Source: Nanobdellota archaeon (GTDB lineage: Archaea > Nanobdellota > Nanobdellia > Pacearchaeales > GW2011-AR1). Taken from it: DNA of 37,777 nucleotides. The first letter of the stretch is position 1. Every line of letters begins with the position of its first letter. This document shows positions 31,769-37,777 of this stretch, piece after piece. Below the pieces are notes generated by a model. That model did not search any database and was not told the DNA's origin. It saw only the letters and a program-made list of their open reading frames with translations. The position numbers and the translations under genes were made by a program. Location of the stretch: positions 1 through 37,777 of the forward strand of contig JBBTAB010000041.1 of assembly GCA_038044425.1 (NCBI GenBank). The letters run 5' to 3'.

Positions 31769-32362
31769 TCAAGCATATACCTCAATTATCTTAGCATTAA
31801 CTTTATAGATTTTTATTAATTTTAAAATTTCATCCTTATTTTCAACTGGAACTATGATGCTGCTTTTTCCTGATTTTTTCCCTCCAAGCTTTTCCATCAA
31901 TCCCAGATAATGCTTTCCTTTTATTTTAACTCCATAAATTTTATTTAAAAATGCTCCCCTGTTTTTCTCAATCTTATCCCAAAAAATAACAATGTGCTTT
32001 TTTCCAGTAATATCAGAAGGGACATATTTACCATATAAAACAATTCCGGTGCTTTCAATGCTTTTTCCCAAGTCTCTCCATTTGTCCAGCTTGCCAATTA
32101 TTAAATTTATCTTATTATCTATTCCTTTTGACTTAAAGAGCAAAGATTCTCTGCTTTTATAAAAATTTTCAAGTATTTTTTCAATTTCATTTTTTATTTT
32201 TTGGGTTTCTTTTTTAACTTCAATGAAAATATCAACATCACTTTCCTTTGTTGCTTCATCTCTCGCTGCTGAACCGAATAATATAATTTTTTCGATACTT
32301 TCTTTTTCTTTCAAGTTAGCAAGCAAATATGATGAAAAATAACTCGCATATGCTTTAATCAT
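31769..32362 (-). CDS. Minimal nucleotidyltransferase (MNT-type) with a C-terminal extension
   Basis: The N-terminal LFGSAARDEATKESDVDIFIEV is the GS-x(n)-D-x-D pol-beta-superfamily NTase motif. The protein is 197 aa, with an extra ~85-aa C-terminal domain (HIVIFWDKIEKNRGAFLNKIYG...SSIIVPVENKDEILKLIK). Confidence 0.75.
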   Translation of the reverse strand: MIKAYASYFSSYLLANLKEKESIEKIILFGSAARDEATKESDVDIFIEVKKETQKIKNEIEKILENFYKSRESLLFKSKGIDNKINLIIGKLDKWRDLGKSIESTGIVLYGKYVPSDITGKKHIVIFWDKIEKNRGAFLNKIYGVKIKGKHYLGLMEKLGGKKSGKSSIIVPVENKDEILKLIKIYKVNAKIIEVYA

Positions 32363-32765
32363 TTTCTAACTCCTTTTTTAAATCAAGAAACAAATTTATC
32401 TTTTTATTCAAAATATCTTCTGAAACTTTCTTTCCATAAACAAGCTCATTTCTTTCACTTTCAATTTTAAATGCTACATCTAAAATTTTGTCAATATTTT
32501 CTATGCTGCCTATTTGAGAAGTTATTTGGCTTGAAATAAGTTTTTTGGCATTTTCCTTTTTCTTTTTTAGCCAAAGATGATTTATTTTAGCCCCGGGTTT
32601 TAAGACGTTTAATTTATCTAAATAGGATTCAAGAAGATTAACCATGCCAAAAGACAATGAAAAGGCCAGCCTTCTTTGATGCGCAATTATTCCCCTAGAA
32701 TCCTTTAATGAACTCTCAATTTCATCCATTACTTCACCAAATATCTCCTTATATGTTTCCTTCAT
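32355..32765 (-). CDS. HEPN-like helical partner of the MNT (putative toxin of an MNT/HEPN pair)
   Basis: 136 aa, all-helical in appearance. It has an R-x4-H candidate (SRGIIAH), overlaps the NTase gene by 8 nt and lies upstream in the same operon. HEPN assignment rests mainly on context. Confidence 0.45.
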   Translation of the reverse strand: MKETYKEIFGEVMDEIESSLKDSRGIIAHQRRLAFSLSFGMVNLLESYLDKLNVLKPGAKINHLWLKKKKENAKKLISSQITSQIGSIENIDKILDVAFKIESERNELVYGKKVSEDILNKKINLFLDLKKELEND

Positions 32766-32859
32766 TTAAGACGCCTGTCAAAAACAATTAAGACATCTGT
32801 CTTTATAAATCTTTCTTTCAGGTTAAGACATTTGTCTTATATTAATTAAGACACCTGAC
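32766..32859 (-). promoter_or_regulatory. Four 14-bp palindromic operator-like repeats (TTAAGAC-NN-CTGWC) around a TATA box
   Basis: Sites TTAAGACGCCTGTC (32766), TTAAGACATCTGTC (32788), TTAAGACATTTGTC (32823) and TTAAGACACCTGAC (32846). Sites 2 and 3 contain the perfect palindrome AGACA-NN-TGTCT. TTTATAAA at 32802..32809 lies between sites 2 and 3. Site 1 abuts the operon start codon. Confidence 0.55.
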
Positions 32860-32873
32860 TTAATAAACAAAAA

Positions 32874-33701
32874 CTACAGAACCCTAAAATCCACCCTAAC
32901 CCTAAACTTGTAAGGCGCTATTTCCCCTGCTTTCTTAACTTTTAATATTTTTATCTTTTTCTTATACATCTCAGCCTCTTTTTTTACTTTATTAACAATC
33001 TGGTTAATTTCATCAATCTTGCAGAAATCATAATAAAATATCCTTGTTCCTTTTTTACTAAGCAAAAAAGCTTGTTTCAAGAAAGTATCCCTAAGCTGTG
33101 GGCGTGGCATGATGATTACAGAAAATTTGGCAGGAATTTTTTTGTTATTAACAACTAACCCAGCCTTAATTTTATTAGTAACATTTTTAATATTTCCACT
33201 TAACAATATAACTTTATTTTTAACTTTGTTTAATTCTATATTTAACTTAGTATACTTGTTCGCCTCTTTGTTTAGCTCGTTAGAATAAACCATTCTGGCT
33301 TTGGAATTTTTAGCTATCACAATTGAATAAGGACCAACGCCAGCAAACATGACTAGAACTTCATCGCCTTTTTGAATCCGGGCCGCAATCTCTTTTCTCT
33401 CATTGCTCAATCTTGTTGAAAAATAAACTTTATCAATATTAAACCTAAAAACACAATTATTCTCTCTGTAAAGAGCTTCCTTTGTTTTTTCTCCTGCAAC
33501 CCATTTTGTCTCCTGCTTTCTCAATCTGCCTTTGAATTTTCCTGTTTTTTCAAGAACAGTTGTTATTGGTTTATTATTTTTAAGAATATTACTCGCAAAA
33601 TGCTTCTTATCTTTAACAGATGTTTTCTTATCGAACTTCACCAATGCTATATTACCAAAAACATCAAACGCCCTTGGATTTTTACTGGAATTTTTCATCA
33701 T
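32874..33701 (-). CDS. trm5: tRNA (guanine37-N1)-methyltransferase Trm5 / Taw2-like (Met-10+ family)
   Basis: 275 aa. SAM-binding VLVMFAGVGPYSIVIA, a catalytic-loop-like SNELNKEA (N-[DE]-x-N-[PK]) and overall Met-10+ layout. The last ~23 codons are part of repeat copy B. Confidence 0.7.
   Translation of the reverse strand: MMKNSSKNPRAFDVFGNIALVKFDKKTSVKDKKHFASNILKNNKPITTVLEKTGKFKGRLRKQETKWVAGEKTKEALYRENNCVFRFNIDKVYFSTRLSNERKEIAARIQKGDEVLVMFAGVGPYSIVIAKNSKARMVYSNELNKEANKYTKLNIELNKVKNKVILLSGNIKNVTNKIKAGLVVNNKKIPAKFSVIIMPRPQLRDTFLKQAFLLSKKGTRIFYYDFCKIDEINQIVNKVKKEAEMYKKKIKILKVKKAGEIAPYKFRVRVDFRVL
32885..32951. repeat. 67-bp direct repeat, copy B (inside the trm5 C-terminal coding region)
   Basis: See copy A. 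It encodes ...KKAGEIAPYKFRVRVDF on the minus strand. Confidence 0.9.
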
Positions 33702-33751
33702 AAAGGATAAAAAACATTAATCTTTATAAATATTAAATTTCTATTATTAAT

Positions 33752-34078
33752 ATGGGAATGTTCAGAAAACTATTGTTTATTATAGGAATTATTTTAATCG
33801 CGCTTCCCTTTTTGCCTCTAAACTTAATTCCTGCAGGTTCTCTTGTTGGAATTGATATGTTTGGTAATGATATTCTTTCTATTGCTCTTGGTATTATTCT
33901 TGTAATTCTTGCTCTCTGGTCCTGGAACAGAGAGAGAAAGAGAAGAATGCTTTTTGGCGGAAGATTTGTCGGACCTGGGGGGATTAGGGATGCTCGGCAA
34001 ATGAGGGCCATTAGCGACGCAGATTTAAGAAGAATGCAGGATGTTCAAAGATTACGGGCTCTGCAGGGTAGTTATTAA
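33752..34078 (+). CDS. Small two-TM membrane protein with an Arg-rich C-terminus
   Basis: 108 aa. LLFIIGIILIALPFLPLNLIP and ILSIALGIILVILALWSW helices. Preferred over the antisense track ORF 33733..34011. Confidence 0.45.
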   Translation: MGMFRKLLFIIGIILIALPFLPLNLIPAGSLVGIDMFGNDILSIALGIILVILALWSWNRERKRRMLFGGRFVGPGGIRDARQMRAISDADLRRMQDVQRLRALQGSY

Positions 34079-34098
34079 AAATTAGGTTTAAAGTTATC

Positions 34099-34509
34099 TT
34101 AGAAAGAAGTTATTCTACGAGCCCCAATTCTACCTTCACCAGCTAATGAATAGATTACTCCAATTAAAAGAAGAATAACTTGTCCACTAAAATTATATAT
34201 TGAAGTATAATATGCAATTTCTACCGGTAAAGAAAGGTAAGTATAGAAAACAGATGCTAGCCCAGATAAAATCATATAAACTCCAAAAACCCGTCTTCTA
34301 AAAAATTGGAGTCTTGGTCTAACAAGAGGGTATGCAGCTCCACTAATAGGCATTACTGTTGAAGGCTCGAGACTCGTAATAAATACAAGAAGTCCTAAAA
34401 GGATTACAATAAAAGGCAATAATGACTCTGGTAAAAAAGGGATAAACATGGCATCTAGTGCAACATATATTATTGCAAGCCCATAAATCCAATTGATTAT
34501 TTTTGCCAT
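34099..34509 (-). CDS. Multi-pass membrane protein
   Basis: 136 aa with four hydrophobic helices. Confidence 0.5.
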   Translation of the reverse strand: MAKIINWIYGLAIIYVALDAMFIPFLPESLLPFIVILLGLLVFITSLEPSTVMPISGAAYPLVRPRLQFFRRRVFGVYMILSGLASVFYTYLSLPVEIAYYTSIYNFSGQVILLLIGVIYSLAGEGRIGARRITSF

Positions 34510-34595
34510 TAGTAATAAAGAACCAAACCCTATTTTTAAACATTATTACAAACCCAAAGAATAATATTTATAAGAAAGCCTTTCTTCTCATAATA

Positions 34596-35204
34596 ATGCA
34601 GAAAAGAGGGTTGTTCTTTCTTTTAATTGGTTTGTTTACAATAAACCTCGTCAGCGCGCAGTTTGGTTATGGCTACGGAAGTTTTTCTCTTGCTGACATA
34701 CTTGACAGTATTGACCCTGCTACAATAACTTATGGTCTGCTCTTTTTTATTATGTTCACCCTTATTCATCTTGCTCTTTCACGGCTTCAACTTTTCAAGA
34801 CAACAAGAAGAACTCCTTGGGGTATGCCGGAAACCAGCCCGAATGTCCTTGCTTCAGGAGTGATTTCTTTTTCTGTAGCTGCATTAATAGTTTATTATCT
34901 CTACAGAAATGATTATAATCTTGAATCTCTATTCTATAGCCTAGGTTTTTCAGGAAATTTAATACAGATATTATTTGGGGTTGCTGTAATAATTGCAGCG
35001 ATTTGGATGATTAAAAAATTCAAATGGCCTGCATTTTTTGTAATATTCGGGTTATTAATAATGGCTATATCAATTTTCACAGAATTGATATATGAAAAAA
35101 CAACAGCTTTCTTTATAGGATTAGTTATTTTGGCTATTGGAATATATTTATGGAATAAGGCTAGATTAAAGAGATGGGCAGAGAGAAATCTAAAAGCATA
35201 TTAA
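34596..35204 (+). CDS. Multi-pass membrane protein
   Basis: The ATG at 34596 (MQKRGLFFLLIGLF...) is preferred. The TTG track start at 34503 would overlap the divergent gene's start, and an AATATTTATAAG TATA-like element sits about 25 nt upstream of 34596. Confidence 0.5.
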   Translation: MQKRGLFFLLIGLFTINLVSAQFGYGYGSFSLADILDSIDPATITYGLLFFIMFTLIHLALSRLQLFKTTRRTPWGMPETSPNVLASGVISFSVAALIVYYLYRNDYNLESLFYSLGFSGNLIQILFGVAVIIAAIWMIKKFKWPAFFVIFGLLIMAISIFTELIYEKTTAFFIGLVILAIGIYLWNKARLKRWAERNLKAY

Positions 35205-36238
35205 ATCCAGTTCCCTAATCCTTTCTGTTTTTTCTTTTCCTTCATTTCTCTTAATTTCTCCAGCTGCTTCTCAACCCTCTCCTCTGAAAAATCATGGTCG
35301 TGGACCAGGATCTTCTTGATTTTTTCTTCATCAGCACGGGAAAAATTAAAATCAACGTTAACTGTTTTTGGCTTGTGGAAAAGCTGAAAAATTTCCTGCC
35401 AGTCAAATCTGTCTTTCTCTGGCAAACCCATCATCTGCTCTTCTACGCTTTTAAAGATTATAACAGGCTGTTTGTATTTTTTTACAATCTCGAGAGCTCT
35501 CTTCTGCCCTATTCCTGGAATCCCGCGCGGATTGTAATCTGTACCAACAAGAATCCCGAGACATATCAACTGATCAAGGTTTATTTCAAGTAAATTCAAA
35601 ACCCTGTCAAGTTCTATCAACTCAGGCCTTATTTCCTGCCAGCCAGAAATTGTTTTTCTCTTTCTTGCCAAGCCCAGATTCCTGATTAACTTTGTTGCCC
35701 CAAAAAGTAGGCTGTCATAATCCTGGCTAACAACCCCAAAACTTTCCTTAACTCTTGAAAGATAAGCTGCCTCTGCTTCTCCTTCTCCAGGAGCTTGGAC
35801 AACCCCAACGCCCATTGCTTCTAAAAGTTCTTTGCTTTCCTGAATCATCTGTGAGTCCAACCTTATCAACTGCGAGCCATAACGCCTCATTGCATCTATA
35901 TCTTCTTCCTGTTTTGCTTCTTCATATCTTTCTTGCGCAAGCTCCCTGCTCTCTGACCTTATTTGATGGGTTCCTTCCTTTAATCCAGGAGCTTCTCCGT
36001 CAAAAACATAAACAAGCTTTATTCCTTCTGAAAGAAGGTTAACATTTCTGTAAAAAATTCCTGACAAATGTGAAGTCACCCGTTTTTTATTATCCATTAA
36101 AGGAGTGCCATCAGGCTGCCTTATAGTTGAAAGAAACTGATAAAGCATATTATAAGCATCTACAAAAACCAGTTTATCCTTCAGGTCAGAAATTTCGATT
36201 TCTTTTCTTGGAATTATGTCCTTAATATTTAGTCCCAT
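35201..36238 (-). CDS. fen: Flap endonuclease 1
   Basis: The N-domain MGLNIKDIIP...LVFVDAYNMLYQFL, I-domain SQDYDSLLFGA, H3TH GTDYNPRGIPGIGQKRALEIV and a C-terminal PIP-box-like QKGLGNWI. Confidence 0.9.
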   Translation of the reverse strand: MGLNIKDIIPRKEIEISDLKDKLVFVDAYNMLYQFLSTIRQPDGTPLMDNKKRVTSHLSGIFYRNVNLLSEGIKLVYVFDGEAPGLKEGTHQIRSESRELAQERYEEAKQEEDIDAMRRYGSQLIRLDSQMIQESKELLEAMGVGVVQAPGEGEAEAAYLSRVKESFGVVSQDYDSLLFGATKLIRNLGLARKRKTISGWQEIRPELIELDRVLNLLEINLDQLICLGILVGTDYNPRGIPGIGQKRALEIVKKYKQPVIIFKSVEEQMMGLPEKDRFDWQEIFQLFHKPKTVNVDFNFSRADEEKIKKILVHDHDFSEERVEKQLEKLREMKEKKKQKGLGNWI

Positions 36239-36278
36239 TTTCTTAAGAATTAATGCAGATGTAAATATAAATAATTAT

Positions 36279-36542
36279 CTAAGATGAAACAGCGCCTTCA
36301 AGTCCGTAATTTCTTCCCCTATTGGCCACTTCATAAGCCCTATTAGATAATCTTTGGGCTATTCTATAAAGTTGTGCATCCGGAATTCTAGAAATAGTCA
36401 TTCCCCTAATTCTAGTGTAATATATTCCCACTAAAGCTTCCAGTTCTGTCCTAGAAAGTCTGGATAAATTTGCCCCATCATACCTTCTAATAAGCTCCCT
36501 TGCCTTTGATGCATCAGAATCGATTCCTTTTCTTTGTCTCAT
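36279..36542 (-). CDS. Hypothetical 87-aa protein between fen and polB
   Basis: ORF with an Arg-rich helical sequence and no motif. Confidence 0.4.
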   Translation of the reverse strand: MRQRKGIDSDASKARELIRRYDGANLSRLSRTELEALVGIYYTRIRGMTISRIPDAQLYRIAQRLSNRAYEVANRGRNYGLEGAVSS

Positions 36543-36624
36543 ATTGTTACTCCTAAATAAGAGTATATAAATCTTATTGTTTAAAATTCTTAACCTTTAA
36601 ATAACTCTTGGACTTTAAACTTTT

Positions 36625-37777
36625 ATGGAAACAGATTTTATTCCTATAGATTATGACTATTTTGATTTTCAGGACAGAAATTACATAAGAATTTTTGGCC
36701 GGAATTCTGATGGAAAAAGAATTTGTGTTATTGATTCCTGCCCTGTTTATCTATGGGCTATTCTTGAACCTGATTTGAGCCAGAAAAAGATAGGCGACCT
36801 GATAGAAGAGATAGGATCAATAGAACTTGATTTAAAAGGCAGAAAAACCAAGGTTGAAAAAGTTGAACTTCATGATAAAAAGTTTCTTGATAAAAAAACC
36901 AATGCATTGAAAATTTTTGCAACAAACTATAAGGATTTGCACGACATCGCAGACAGGCTTGCTCTTTCAGGTATCAGAAACAGAAGAGGCTATGACTTGG
37001 GATTTGTTACTCACTATATAATTGAAAAAAAGATAAATCCTTTATGCTGGTACAGAATTTCAGGGGAAGTCCTGAATAATTCTCAGGAATTTGGCGGAAT
37101 AGATGCTGCACTTGATGTTGATATATGCATAAAAATTGAAAAGGCTGAAAAAATCCACGAAAAAGATTTCAAGCCAAAAATTCTTGCCTATGACATTGAG
37201 ACAGATGATATAAAAATTGGGCAGGGAGAAATTTTGATGATTTCGCTTGTTTCTGAAAATTTCAAAAAAGTAATTACCTGGAAGAAAACAAAGAAAACAA
37301 AGCCAGATTATGTCGAATATGTTAAAGACGAAGCAGATCTCATAGAAAAATTCATAGAATACGTAAAAAAAATATCGCCTGATTTTCTTGTGGGGTATTT
37401 TTCAGATGGTTTTGATCTTCCATATATAAAAGCCAGAGCTGAAAAAAATAATGTAAAGCTTGCGCTTGGATTAGACTCCAGTCAGCCGAGATTTTCCCGC
37501 GGGATTGAGATTTCGGCAAAAATCCGCGGGATTGTTCATATAGATCTGTTAAAATTTATAAGAACGACCTATTCCCAGTATATGCAGTCAGAAACTCTTT
37601 CATTAAATGAAGTGGCCGCAGAGTTTTTAGGAAGTTCAAAAAAGGATTTCAAAATAAAGCATTCCTCAAAGCTTACAGATTCTGACTGGGAAGATTATTA
37701 TGAATATAATCTGCAGGATTCTATTCTAGCCTCTGGCTTATTTGAAAAATTCTGGCCTGACTTGCTTGAATTCACCC
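36625..37777 (+). CDS. polB: Family-B DNA polymerase, N-terminal and 3'-5' exonuclease region (3'-partial, runs off the window)
   Basis: Not in the ORF track because there is no stop in the window. Hand translation from the ATG at 36625 is open to 37777. Exo I ILAYDIET, Exo II GYFSDGFDLPYI and Exo III YEYNLQDS are present. Confidence 0.9.
   Translation, partial: METDFIPIDYDYFDFQDRNYIRIFGRNSDGKRICVIDSCPVYLWAILEPDLSQKKIGDLIEEIGSIELDLKGRKTKVEKVELHDKKFLDKKTNALKIFATNYKDLHDIADRLALSGIRNRRGYDLGFVTHYIIEKKINPLCWYRISGEVLNNSQEFGGIDAALDVDICIKIEKAEKIHEKDFKPKILAYDIETDDIKIGQGEILMISLVSENFKKVITWKKTKKTKPDYVEYVKDEADLIEKFIEYVKKISPDFLVGYFSDGFDLPYIKARAEKNNVKLALGLDSSQPRFSRGIEISAKIRGIVHIDLLKFIRTTYSQYMQSETLSLNEVAAEFLGSSKKDFKIKHSSKLTDSDWEDYYEYNLQDSILASGLFEKFWPDLLEFT

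Larger units (their letters stand above)
31701..32951 (-). mobile_element. Repeat-bounded MNT/HEPN-like two-gene cassette inserted at the 3' end of trm5
   Basis: The 67-bp direct repeats flank exactly one two-gene operon and its promoter/operator region. No recombinase is present. Confidence 0.55.

Noticed and set aside
33733-34011. A 92-aa minus-strand ORF overlapping 33752..34078.
   Set aside because: The plus-strand product has clean TM helices and a basic tail. The minus-strand product is Pro/Ile/Arg-rich with no structure-like pattern.
1-37777. CRISPR arrays, rRNA genes, IS elements or transposases, reverse transcriptases and inteins in RFC or PolB.
   Set aside because: Reading both strands, I saw no regularly spaced repeat-spacer pattern, rRNA-like sequence, DDE/HUH transposase, tyrosine recombinase or RT motifs. 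rfcS is of normal intein-free length. Only the N-terminal part of polB is in the window.

Overview
Visibly AT-rich, gene-dense archaeal chromosomal window; GC content was not computed. Archaeal hallmarks are RFC small and large subunits, FEN-1, a family-B DNA polymerase (3'-partial at the window end), archaeal-type PheRS alpha and beta, ribosomal protein L41e, an Rpp30-like RNase P subunit, Trm5, a tRNA with a canonical bulge-helix-bulge intron, and tRNA genes without encoded CCA. Compact genes, many small membrane or unknown proteins and a reduced-looking Rpp30 fit a small-genome uncultivated archaeon (DPANN-like), but that is inference only. Most of the window is housekeeping: ppsA, pyrH, pheS/pheT, nth, rfcS/rfcL, fen, polB. 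A cell-surface cluster lies at about 5.9-10.8 kb. Two accessory structures stand out. (1) At 21.3-24.4 kb an intron-containing tRNA-Glu(CUC), preceded by a decayed copy of its own 5' part, is followed by three short gene cassettes. Each cassette ends in a same-orientation copy of the tRNA 3'-end core CGGTCGGGGCGT. One carries a mazEF-like toxin-antitoxin pair and one a tandem-Lrp regulator, and no integrase is visible. (2) At 31.7-32.9 kb an MNT/HEPN-like pair sits between 67-bp direct repeats (66/67 identical) that duplicate the 3' end of trm5. Its promoter region holds four 14-bp palindromic operator-like sites, and again no recombinase is present. Together these suggest recombinase-less cassettes that insert at, and regenerate, the 3' ends of host genes; this is the best candidate for an undescribed system here. 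Two likely genes below the ORF-track size cutoff were found by hand: rpl41e and a CxxC zinc-ribbon protein. No CRISPR array, rRNA, transposase or integrase was recognised.
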